DNA of 43,781 nucleotides from Perkinsus olseni (Eukaryota): NCBI GenBank assembly GCA_013115125.1, contig JABANN010000043.1, positions 62,001 to 105,781 of the forward strand, read 5' to 3'. Shown piece by piece: positions 30,930 to 42,596 of this stretch (position 1 is its first letter; each line of letters starts with the position of its first letter). The notes under the pieces were generated by a model. It saw only the letters and a program-made list of their open reading frames with translations, ran no database searches and was not told where the DNA came from. The position numbers and the translations under genes were made by a program.

Positions 30930-31001
30930 TGACCCCGGCCCGATTCGAACGGACAACCTTCTGATCTGGAGTCAGATGCGCTACCGTTGCGCCACAGGGC
31001 C
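30930..31001 (-). tRNA. tRNA-Trp(CCA) copy 2
   Basis: Identical to copy 1 except one variable-loop substitution; followed by CTTTT. Confidence 0.95.
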
Positions 31002-31042
31002 AATCTGAAAATCTCACCTACCAAACGGTGTTTAGCCGCTTA

Positions 31043-32149
31043 TCACGCACAGGTGGACGTCTCTGGCAGAGACTCTCTGCGGGAATCTTTAGGACGCTCG
31101 CCCCAATGGAACGATGATGAAACAATCTCATCAAGTATTTTATACTGAGCAAAGTCGTGAGGTATGAAAACTAGCGAGTATATACGTGGCATGCGGTGTG
31201 GACCACCACCAGAACGCCTTTACCTTCCCTCTGTTGGTTCAACCAAGTTGCGCATTGTGGCGCCATCAGCAGGTCACGAGGGGGGAGTTTCTGCGGAATG
31301 CAAGGGACAGAATACCTTGCCGATTCTTCGGCCGTGAACCTAATCACCCTGTACGCATTGAATTAGTAACACGGTTGCAACTACTGCGTGCACAAGAACT
31401 GTTGGTGACACGAAGTAGTCATGTTGAATCGGTGCGACTAAACCGATTACACACCGATATACATTCGTTTCTTGTGGAAAATATGTAAGTACCTCTCAGA
31501 GGTAACCTCTGGACTCAACCGCTTCAGTAAGACTGGGAGACCCCGTGACAACGGAAGCCACTCGAGGGTCATTAATAATAAATAGTAGAATACAAATATA
31601 GCGCTGTTATCAAATATTTAAGATAATATTACATAACTAAAACGAGTGTATTGATAACGCCTGATATTAGGGGTTGTTAATGTAAGTATCTATAATCACA
31701 TCAAGACGGCTTGAATGGTTCCGCAGGACCTCAGTCTGAAGGCATGCAGGCAATGAAGTTAGTCAGTCCGTATTGTATCAGTCTGAGTATCTTCTCTGCC
31801 TTTCAATCACCATGGTGATCCCATGACCATTAGCCGGTGGTAGCAGCAGTTTATTACAGTGGAAGATGGAAATTAGTAAAACGCGATGTAGGATGGAGCT
31901 TATAGATTTGATATTAGTCTGATGTCGACGCCCGTCATGGAGCCATCGGAAATGCTCTCGTCGGATGAACCCGGCAATGAGAATGCAGACGAAGGGAACA
32001 GCCAGGAGCAGCAGCGGGCCGCCGAGGCTGACGCTGATGGGAGTAGCAGCGCCTCCCTCAAAGAAATCCGCTGTCGAAGGTGAGCGGATGCATTTGTCTT
32101 TCCTGAGGCCTTCTCTCTCTATGCGGGGCATGCTACCAGGGAGTTCCAT
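31043..32149 (-). CDS. Possible multi-exon hypothetical protein, divergent from DRC7
   Basis: ATG-initiated ORF at 32149 and a plausible terminal exon YKILDEIVSSSFHWGERP..TCA*; internal model unresolved. Confidence 0.3.
31490..31511. repeat. 22-nt 7+8rc+7 scar, 8-mer TACCTCTG
   Basis: TACCTCT CAGAGGTA ACCTCTG. Confidence 0.9.
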
Positions 32150-32200
32150 AATACGTAGACACTCTTGAAATGGGCAATTTGTGAATCTTTTGAAGGATTG

Positions 32201-35200
32201 ATGGCAAGCCTAGCTCAACGGAGGCATCACAGAGCTCACCATCAATTAGCTAGCACACCAGCTTCGAGTCCAGTTGAACCGCGAGGTCGTCGGACTGTAG
32301 CACGCACGAGCAGAGCACTTTTCGAGACGTATGAGTGCCCCGTACCTTACTATACTTATTATTCTTGTCATCAAGCTTATATAGCCATATTTGGGGGCTA
32401 TACCGGTAGGAGGTACCACGTTGGTTCACCGCCGGTAAAAGAACTTACGGACTGTGACAAACTCAAGATCATTTCGAGTTGTTATTTCACTGTTCTCAGG
32501 TTCTCGAATAAAGTTACGTCGTCTCTTGCTGCTCTACTGGAAGACCCTGATGCGACCATCCCGAAGGTAGGCCGCTCTCGACTTGTAGTGTAATCGTATT
32601 TTCCCAGGCGGAGATGGGCATACCGCCTTTCCTGAGCTCCTACGCTAGCAACTCCAAGCGCGAGGAGAGAGTGATGCAACATCTTCGGTGCGTGCTGCCG
32701 CACACAAAATTCAATTTTGATAATCTTACTTAGGTCATTCGAGTCGAAGTTTGCGCAAACCTATGGGGAGGATCGCAAGCTGTACCTGTGTCCCCTCAAC
32801 GAGATTGGTGTCCCTAAGTTCTTATCAACGACTATCAGGCCGACGAAATTGGTATGCAAGAGCTCCTCTCGCCTTCGGCCTCAGTCATCTCAAATTGGAT
32901 AGTATTTGGCGATGCTGAGTCTGTCGCAGGCATACCCCGAGCTCTATGACGCTTCACTATGTGGTAAATTCCTTTCCAACTATATAGCCTACGAGCCTCT
33001 CAAGGACCCCGCACAGTACGTTCGTCAGAGGCCCTCGATTCGGAGATGAATCATTTGAAGGTTCCCCTCGGTCGTCTGCTCTCCGTCTACGACTCTCTTC
33101 TATCAAGCAGGCGACGCGTTTGATATCAGCGTGGTAAAGTCGAACTTGACCTGTCGAGCGGCGACACTGTTCTCGGGAAGGTTCTATGCTCCATCCTAGT
33201 GGGAGCCGGTTATGCCGCTTACTGTGTGGCGGGGGTCGCGCCCAGGTGGATCACGACCCGGTCACTGAGGAAGTGCGAAAGCCCAACCAACGATCTACTC
33301 CCCTTAGAAGAGGTGCTGAAGTTGGCCAAGTTGCAGCCTCTGTCTCTACTGCTACGCTTAGATAAGGAATGCGGGAGGTTCAGGGAGAACAGAGGAAGAG
33401 AAGATGCTTCGAAGGTGTGGACACGGTTTTTATGAATCTTTTACTCTTGAACCTTAGTTTTTATGAACCTGTCTGATTTAATTCACGTGTTCAACTGGTT
33501 CAGAACGGAATTGTGACACCTTTTGCACTTACACTCGCCTGCCGACCCGAGAACGGCTCTTTTCAGATACGCCGATCTGCTTCTCCCCCGACCGGTTGCT
33601 GATGAGAAGAAGGAAGACAGTCCGACAACTCCTCTAGGTGGCTCACGGCAGTCACATTGAGTCGCGTTGCCGGAGTGCTGTTGCGGCATTCACTGACCGT
33701 TCTCGTGCAGTCGTCCTTGAGAAGCCTCGAGGGAGTCTCGTAGGCGGGTATCCTGAAGGGAGACGGCGGAGCTCAGTCGATATGGCTGAGAAGACTCTTG
33801 GTGAGCTAGATCGGGGTCGTCTATAGTGCCAAGTTGCGTAGAGTTAGAAGGATTCGCCCGATTATCCATCTGCCGTTTATCGCTTCACTTTAGCTTGTTG
33901 GGTATACTTTTTTTAGTTGATGGACGTGTCTCAGGTGAGGAGTTCTTCCTGATGAAGAAGCCTGTAATGGAAAGTGAGTACTTAAAAGAGGAACGAGAAG
34001 CAAGTGTAGGAGAACTATTCCGCGGCCGGGAATTGAACCCGGGTCTCCTGCGTGACAGGCAGGAATACTCACCACTATACTACCGCGGAACTGCTATGAT
34101 TACACTCTTCCGCACCTGCTCTGATCTTTGTGTCTAATTTCGCAGGCGCTTGCTCAAGAGAAGGAAATGTTCGAAGCAGAGAGAAGTGACTCGGATGATG
34201 CTCTGACCGAGGAGGTGAATCACTATCCATCTCTATCCTGTCCCGAAACTTATCGTTATGTTCTGAGCAGCTGAAAGCTTTCAGTGAAAGCTGAGCTGCT
34301 AAGCTCGTCCAGTACATCATTGCCACAACTCTAGGCGTTAAGCAACTATTTTTCTCAGGAGGAGGACATGGACTTCATTGCCGCATCAACGGCGAATCTT
34401 AAAGAACTGGGAAGGACTGCGCAGGTGGAAGCCACGCTTTCGAGATTCATCGGTTGGGTGGCATCAGCTTGTGGCTATGCGAATTCCACTTCTTGTCAGG
34501 AAGACGAGCCCATTGTTGGGTGATGGTCCGCAAAGGAGCGAGGGACGTGGAGGCTGATATGTTCATCGAACCCACTACAGGGATGATCTTCTCTACGGAA
34601 ACCGAGCCTAGTAGGGGACGTCGTTATCGGAGCCGTCTAAGGCTCATGTTACTATGTGTTCCGTAGGTCCTGGATCCAAGGGCGACTCACTAAGACCTTG
34701 CCCGTGAGCCTGGCAGAGACTACCTAGTTTGTGCTGTCTTGGAATCTTTGCTGTGTGGGTCAGGTATCTTTCCGTGGACACGGTCTGGAACCACAAGAAT
34801 GTGTGGGTGAATATTCAGAAGAGCTTTGTTGAAGACAGTGATGTGCCCGGGAAAAGGAGACCCTTGCGGAAGAGATTGAATCTAACAGGAGTTAGCATGG
34901 ATGTTGGCAACACAAGATTCTTTGAGGTGCGCGGGAGATCATTAACTTCCTCGACTAGCTCGACATCGAGGCGGGAACTCGCGGCATCGATCGTGAGCGT
35001 ATCGTTTGCGGGCGGCTGTATGGGGATGTTCGCGACTCGTACACCGAAAACTCGTACACTTTCACTTCGTACACGACGGGTACACTGAATGCTCGTTCAC
35101 CCCTTGAATCCGTACACCGTCACTCCGAGGTACATTCTTAATACGCAGTGCGTATTACGGGTGCACCTCTGTTGTACTATTTCGGCACAGCCCTCGACAT

Positions 35201-38200
35201 CATTTTGAGCCTCATCCCTTCAGCCTGTCCTTCTCGACCCAATCACTCTCACTAACGACGTGAGCGAGCAACAGGATGCCGAGGGAAGTGGGGCCGGCCA
35301 AGAGAACGCACCGGGAGAAGGTGAGCCCAGGCTGCTACCTGGTGCTGTTAAAACGTGCGTCAGAGCCCCAACGGCCCAGGGTCCCCCTAGCGTATCTTAT
35401 CGGCGTGTACGACTTGCCTCGACCTCTCACCGTGGATGACGTCCCACCTAGCTGGGCTGCTCCTGCCCTTATCCCGAAGGATCGGTAAGTTGAGGTTTGT
35501 GTGCTCTTGTCGACGCTGGGATATGAGGTTGCAGGTACGGTTCGCGATTCTGCGATAGAGGTGTCAGAATTGAGAAGTACCACAAGGCGACTGTTGAGCT
35601 TTTCTCTCCGTATTCTCAACCAGACGGCATGGTTGAGAGGTGCGTCCGGTTCGCTGTCCGATGACCGGAAAGGCTGTACTGTACTGCCTCCTCACAACTG
35701 CGTCTTCTCTCGTGCGGCCAGTTAGCTCGGATGCGTACATGCCAGGGTGACCCGGTTCAAGGACCTGAACCTGCGCCTGCCGGTGATGATCACGGAGTAT
35801 TTCAAACAACGGAAAGATATGTTACAAGCTCGCGTCAAGTAGAACAACTCGATGCAGTACGAACGGGAGGGAGATTCTGTCGAGGTATCTCGCTGATGCT
35901 GCGGTCCGAGAAGAGTTCAACCACGGACGCCCGGCTGCTCTGAAAGTAGGCCGAAACCCGACCTGGGCGTGAGATGATCTATGTCGCCCCGGTAGTCCCT
36001 GGTTGATATCGACCAGAGATGGCGTTGCATGGGTTACTACCATGAGACACGACCGGACGGGCTGTATCGTACTGTCGACAAAATCGGGGAGAAGATCAAA
36101 GTCAGTGATGCAGTGGTGGGTGCGCGCACCTACCCTTCTGTTATTGACAGGAGTCCTTTGTTGATCGAGACGACTTACTGGAGCATCACTCTGTGAAGCT
36201 GGATCGCAACCTGAGAGTCACCGAGGCGACCCGAAGCCTTCCGAGTCTACCGATAGGTGCGAGTCGAGATGATTCGACGGAGGGGAAGACTACTTCTCAA
36301 GAAATTCTTTCTCGTAGATTCCCTCGGAGATATTCCGATGACGAAGATATCACAGAAGTATCGCGTCCCGGATTACAGGGTGGATGAGCACACATGCCGA
36401 ATCACCGAATTGTGCAGTAAGGGCGTACCCAGATTTGAACCGATGACCTGCTGATCTGATTTTACACCCGATATTTGCCAGTGAAGTTTCTTAATGCTCT
36501 CTCTTATTAGGCAAAATCGTGTTCTACCTTCCTAAGAAGTCCATTCGTATCACTTATCATCGCCCGGAAGGACGCCTGATGGGACAACAGCTCACCTTCC
36601 ACAAAACCCCGGATGGTTTGTCCCTGACGTAAGTCCAACTTACTGAGTCGCAACATTCGATGGAGGTGATCTGCCTCACATCAGACTGGACAAGTTGAGC
36701 CGTCTCGGGCTGGGAGAGGATATTCAACTACCGACGCCGAAACAACTGTTGCAACTACTTCAACTCGAGAAGACCAGCAAGCACAACTTCGTCGAGAGCA
36801 TGAACAGAAGTAGGCCTCGTTAGCTGTCGAAGTGTGGATGTATAGATCAGCTACGATGGAAAGAGAGTCGAGCCCTTTCGCTATTGAATTGTTGACTACC
36901 TGCATGCGATGTATCATGTGAGTGTCCTGGAATAATTGTGGCCAGCAATTCTAAAGGAGGCGCTGATTTATTATTATTGAGAGAAACCCGATCTCGATCT
37001 ATCTCGTGTATCATCACGGCATCGCCTGATTTATCATACCACAAATCGAAGTATTCGTGGCCCCGTGCCATCGCATTAGTACACAGCTGGTGATAACTGT
37101 ATTAGAGTGCACTTGAGTGTCCGCCGCAGTTACCACAGAGCTGGCCCTACGCCGCAAGGAAGAGAACAATGTGAAGAACGTCCGACTAGTCGCACAGCAG
37201 GAGAGCGCACCGGTGGCCCAGAACGGTACAGCGGTTTCTGCCCCTCTGCCCTCCAGCGCCTTCCGCTCAGCCATGGGCGTCAGCGGAGGCCCAGTCATTC
37301 CAGACTTCGCTGCTCCGCCCGTCGATGTCGGGAAAGGTGGTGGGAGCGGCTTGAGCACTGCGAAGCGAAACCTGGTGAGTTCTCCGAACTCTCGACTTGT
37401 CTCGGAACTCACCTTGCTTCCTTGTTGCTCTCATGCTCATTCGATGTCTCGCGACTCGCGGGCGGCCTGTTCCGATGCTCTCCGTGTTCCCTAACGTTTT
37501 TGTCGACTCTCGAGGCGGGGACCGACCACTGGTAAAGCCCTGTGGTTCAGGTCCTAGTGAAGGATGTCTACGACTACGCCAGGGATCAGTCCATGGAGGT
37601 CCTGCGGGGCCATGATGGATCAGATGAACGTGAAGAAGAAGAGGGAACGCGGAAGGGCGAGAAGAAGGTGGGATAACTCTATACTACCGTTCAAAGTAGC
37701 AGCTGCGTGGGGCTACACAGGAGATTGCGGACAATCTCACGCAGTTTGGGTGTTCAGCTTTTGTGCACTGTGGTATGCAAGGCGGAGGAAGGCACTCGGG
37801 TTCCGTCTACTAGATGGCCTTCGCACCACAATTTAGATTCATCGGCGCGCACCCGATATCCTATCTACGACGATTTTTTCATCGCTAGCTCCTTATCGCC
37901 TTGGTGGGAGTTCCTCGAGGGAACGTTTTCACGTTCGCGTGCTATCCATCGTGTGGCTTGAGAAGTTCCAGTTGAATCGGACGAGGTGATGCGGGCTCAC
38001 TAAGTGCCCTCAGGTCGATATCCTGGCACCCTATTTGGCCGAGTTCCCAGGAAAGCAGCTGGACGCGCTGCAGGCAGAATTCGTTGCGAAGAAGTAGATA
38101 AATGCATTCAGAGTAACGTGGCCTTTCTGATCTTCCCTGTAGATGTAAAAGTGACTTCCGTAAGAGACTGCTAGATCGCGCGGCTATCATACAGAAGAGG

Positions 38201-39056
38201 CTCGAGGACGAACAGGTGAGGGGCCGCTGGGCTTGAAGAACAGTCAGGACGAGCAGCTACCATAACGCGCGACGTTGCACGCGGCTAATCCTTCTCCTAG
38301 CCTTCAGCGGGGTCGACACTCGGGGTAAAACGCCTCGTCGTCAATAGTGAATCTGCTCTTCGTCAATCTCGAACAGCTCGATTTGAGCGCATTCGGTGCT
38401 GCTTGCGGGTTCAAGGGACCGGAGCGACGGTCGCGTTGTCGGCCGCGGAACTTTTTTTTGGTTTCAGGAGGCTCTGAAGAAGCGCCGAGCTCAAATCCAG
38501 CGGCGCAGTGGCCCTGACGTTCAGCAAGGGAGAACGGAGTCTGACTTCGAGAAGTATCAGACTCTCGCGATGTTCCGGTAGGCAACGCAGCCGGGCGAAC
38601 AATAGGAAAATAACTCGGAAAGATGTGTGATTAACTCGAACAGGAGTTGCCAACCATCGCAGGCGGACGAATATCCAGGTTCCAGAGTGAATCTGACGGC
38701 TCTGAGTGGAATCCTGGACATGGGCCGTGTCACACGGCGTTGATCAGCCACAATGATCATTATTGTTACAATTGCGTTTTATGCTCGCATCAGGCGTATT
38801 AGAGATATGATTCAATCGCGTGTGGTGTGGTCTTCCAACCTATTGCAAGAAAGGCTCTATGGGCCTGACCCACCCAGTCGTACTCGTCAGGATCCAAATT
38901 TTGGAGCAAAGGTTGGCTCGCCACGAGGTCCAGGCTATCAAGAAGTTCACTGAGTTGGAGGAAACCCTGCTGGCGGACCCGAGGCTGCAGGCGATGTGGG
39001 AGAAGGACTCTTCAGACGAGGAAGGCGAGGATGATCCGTCTTGCCGAGAAGCATGA
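32201..39056 (+). CDS. DRC7: Dynein regulatory complex subunit 7 (CCDC135/FAP50 family), many exons
   Basis: Exons give LYLCPLNEIGVPKFLSTTIRPTKL|AYPELYD, QAGDAFDISV|VLCSILVGAGYAAYCVAG, RAHCWVMV..FIEPTTG, VWNHKNVWVNIQ, VPPSW, VDILAPYL, DFRKRLLDRAAIIQKRLEDE, AMFR|IQILEQRLARHE..DPRL, all characteristic DRC7 blocks in order. Confidence 0.92.
34018..34089 (-). tRNA. tRNA-Asp(GTC), antisense within a DRC7 intron
   Basis: TCCGCGGTAGTATAGTGGTGAGTATTCCTGCCTGTCACGCAGGAGACCCGGGTTCAATTCCCGGCCGCGGAA; full cloverleaf. Confidence 0.95.
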
Positions 39057-39565
39057 GAGCAGTGTCCATGATCCCGAGATTGTTGTCGCGACCACTGGTG
39101 CGACCTGAAGGTTTTTCTTGTTGCAGTTGTGAATGAACTGGGCGAGGATCGCCGGGCAAACTGACTGTCACCGGTGGAATTCTACACCACTCCCAACCGT
39201 TTTCAAATGGTGCTCAGGTGAAACTTAATGAGCTGGTCTAGAAATGGCGAGAATAGATTCCAGCGGGTAGGCAAGGGGTTTCAGAAAGGGCGCAGCAGTA
39301 ATCGTCTGGTCTGCTTCGGAGGATCTCACTGGTGAGAACGAGAAGATGAAAAAAAGCGATAATGAATATGAGAGGACGATAACAGTTATCGGATTACTCC
39401 GGCACTCACGTTAATTCACTCACTAAACGATCAGGATCTGATGACAATTCTTGCCCCGCAAGAATGCCGAGCGCAGCTCCGTTACTGGTCGACATTCCGT
39501 CATTGACAAATACAACTCAACGTCTTCTACAGCGAGGGTGTGAAAAGAGGGGTGTTGGAGGGACG

Positions 39566-40058
39566 CTATTCCTCTAACCAAAGCTCGCGATAGAATGTGA
39601 GGTTTTCTACCAATAGAGCCGAAATGAGCGGCCGAGCCGCTGTCAGGCTGAGAACAAATGGTTCCACGTATGGAAGTACTCCCTCACTACGAGGTTCTGA
39701 ACCATTTTGAGGGTCTGCTGAGCAGACTCTGCTCCGAACTTCTGACTCGATCAGGACTAAAAATTCACGACACGTTTCAGTAAAACGCGAAGCGTTACAC
39801 AGTCCTGTACCGCGTACTGCACGTTCTCCCCTAGGACCGGTCATGCAGCGCCCCATCAACAATAGTACCAGTAAATTTCCTAAGTCCTTGCCGGCCTTTT
39901 GACCGAACGCCGTGAAAGTGATATGGAAATTCCAGCCTCCCTTCACCTTCTCTACGTGTGCTACGTTCCAGATAAAGAGAGGCACATCTGAGTCCCCAGT
40001 CAACTCAGGAATGGCGAGCAGCTCCATTTGCTTGCTGGTAGCGAAACCGTTAGGAAAC
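39566..40058 (-). pseudogene. 5'-truncated paralog of the 41211-42132 gene
   Basis: ATSKQMELL..WNVAHVEKVKGGWNF and VEPFVLSLTAA align with ADSERLDLV..WLTVVIEKVEGGWNF and MEPYFLSLTAA. Confidence 0.65.
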
Positions 40059-40823
40059 CTTATCATCGCCCGAAAGGACGACTGATGGGACAACAGATCG
40101 CCTTCCACGAATCTCTGGACGGTTTGTCTCTGACGTGAGTCGCCACCTCTGAGGGTGGTTTTCTGCCTCACATCAGACTGGACAAGTTGAGCCGTGTCGG
40201 ACTGAGAGAGAATATCCTCTACTGGCGCCGAAACAACTGCTGCAACTACTTCAACCCGAGAAGACTAGCAAGCACAACTTCGTCGAGAGCATGAAAGAAG
40301 TATTGTGCCCATTGGGCACTGCCCAACTCACGATTTCGTAGTGTGGCTGTATAGATGCTCAACTCAGGTTGAAAGAGAGTCGAAGCATCCACTTTCTATT
40401 TCAATGTAATGTGAGGCCGTCCTTGAAAAGTCATAGCCAACAGTTTGACTGGAATCGCACATCTAATAGATGACGTCTATGATTACTGAGAGACATCCGG
40501 TCTCGAACTATCTCGTGAATCACCACGCCATCGCTTGATTCATCATACCATGAATCGGAGTATTCGTAGCCCAGTGCCATCGCATGAGTTCGCAGCTGGT
40601 GAAAACTGTATTGGGGTGCACTGGAATGTCCGCCGCAGTTACCACAGAGCTGGCCCTACGCCGCGAGGAAGAGAACAATGTGAAGAACGTCCGACTAGTC
40701 GCACAGCAGGAAGACTCACGAGTGGCTCAGAAAGGTACAACGGTTTCTTCCTCTCTGCTCTCCAGCTCCTTCCGCTCAGCCATGGGTGTCACCGGAGTCT
40801 CAGTCATTCCACACTTGGCCGCT
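40059..40823 (+). pseudogene. Diverged partial duplicate of DRC7 (parts of three exons and two introns; source about 36553-37314)
   Basis: Clear colinear nucleotide similarity including introns; frameshifting indel in the middle exon. Confidence 0.9.
40305..40326. repeat. 22-nt 7+8rc+7 scar, 8-mer GTGCCCAA
   Basis: GTGCCCA TTGGGCAC TGCCCAA; absent from the corresponding DRC7 intron. Confidence 0.9.
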
Positions 40824-41210
40824 GGCTATCCTACTACGAATGAAAGAGAAAGATGTGCGATTGTCGCGGGACTCAACGAGAGCGATCTTCGCGGGACACA
40901 ACAAGCAATGCGGATCTGATGACTACGATTACCCTCTCAAGCGGACCGCTGAGTTAAACGGGGGAAAGGGTGACAACAATGCTGTCACAGCGCCTGGTTC
41001 AGTAGACAGGAACCAGCGGAATTGCGTGTGGGGCACTACTCAACTGTCGTCAATCTGGTTGAGCGGCTCTGTACATCAAAATCTGATGATCACACGCAGT
41101 TCCGTTGCCGGACCAGCAATGCTGGTCGAGATTCCGTTATTGACCCTTACAACGTAACTCTTCCATCGGCACGGGTGTAAATACTTCCTCTAGTTGGAGT
41201 AATACTGCCT

Positions 41211-42132
41211 CTAAGCCAAACTTTTGGTAATACGCAGCTTCTCTATCCGATGCAGCCCACATGAGCGGCTTGAGGCCGCTGTTAGGCTGAGAAAATAAGG
41301 TTCCATCTGCTTGAAGCGAAAAGAAGGTCTAAGACAATATAGTATTGCCAATACTCGCGACAGACTTTTCCTAGAGTCGGTCATGCAGCACTCCTTTAGC
41401 AATAGTATGCCTAAACTCAAACCCTTTGCAGCCTACTTCACCGTACATCGGGTAAGCAACTACAAAGTTCCATCCTCCCTCCACCTTTTCGATGACCACG
41501 GTAAGCCAACTCGTGAGACGAACGCCTTCGTCGCTATTCGCCACATTGAAGGAGACCAGATCCAGGCGCTCGCTGTCAGCGTTACCATGGGCTCGATACC
41601 ACGGAGACCAGGCCTGTTTATTGTCGGGGAAGCTAGCGTGGATAGTAGAAACCACATAAACAGGGATTTCCCCTTCGAAGGTCTCATTAAAGAAACCCTC
41701 ACCGCCAGAGGCTGGATTGAGGTGGAAACTGATATCCCCATGCTCGAACCATAGATGGGCCCAGCCACTAGTCTCCACGTTGACCTCAGTCTCTTCGTTC
41801 GTAGACCTTTTCTTTAAATCGACCTGGATCCTCATTTCACCCCATTTTCCATCCATATTAGTTCTGATAACAATGCCGCCGGTCTCTTGATAAACTCCAT
41901 CCGATTTCACCCCTCTTAGACTGAAGATGCAGGAGGGAGGTAGCAGCTCGATATTATCACCATCCGCCGGGCCAGGGCCATCATAGCAATTTTTGGGATA
42001 ATCGGCGACAGTTCTGAAAGGTTCGTCAGAACTCGCAATCGACATGTGGCACATGCAGGCGAGCAAGAAGACGCTGCGGACCAAGGTGACGCGAGAGGCA
42101 CTGGAGCAGAGCCTGGTAGTCGGGAGAGCCAT
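41211..42132 (-). pseudogene. Lineage-specific secreted-type protein, 253-aa ORF whose similarity to its paralog continues across frameshifts
   Basis: Hydrophobic N-terminal segment (LVRSVFLLACMCHMSIA); paralog similarity switches frame after GEVGCKG and again after SLTAA. Confidence 0.6.
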
Positions 42133-42560
42133 CAGAAAATGTGGGAACGAGGCTGAGCAATCTAGTTGTAAACCACCTTCTCATCGTCGATTCCGGGAAA
42201 AGCGGAACCCGGCCCTGTCTGGATGAGATTTTCAGAGCCCTCAAAATGAGAGCCTCAATGCTCAATCCTTTGGCTGGATCGAAGTGTAGGTTCCGAACTC
42301 GCGAGAATGATGAGAGAACACTAATCGACTTAACATCTCCGCGTGTACGCAAGTGCACCTGCAGTTTGCAGACCAGTCGCACGTCAGTAAGGCGCCGCCG
42401 TCGTCTTCGAGATGGTTTGGCGTCTACCTCTGGAATCAAGATCCGGAAATTCGGAAGCATATTTGAAGCTTTGAAAGTTCAGGCCTGCCAGGCGACACGA
42501 CCATTTGTATGTCGAGTATGCGTCGCAGCATTCGTCAGAGACCGTTCCGCATAGTCTTCG

Positions 42561-42596
42561 CTGGGGAGTCCCCAGTGCCACTGGGCCAGTGGGGAC
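42561..42596. repeat. Two nested 22-nt scars (8-mers CTGGGGAC and CCCAGTGG)
   Basis: CTGGGGA GTC [CCCAGTG CCACTGGG CCAGTGG] GGAC. Confidence 0.88.

Noticed and set aside
31520-31560. 5S rRNA-like TCAGTA..TGGGAGACC
   Set aside because: Only a short motif; the rest of the 5S sequence and structure is absent.
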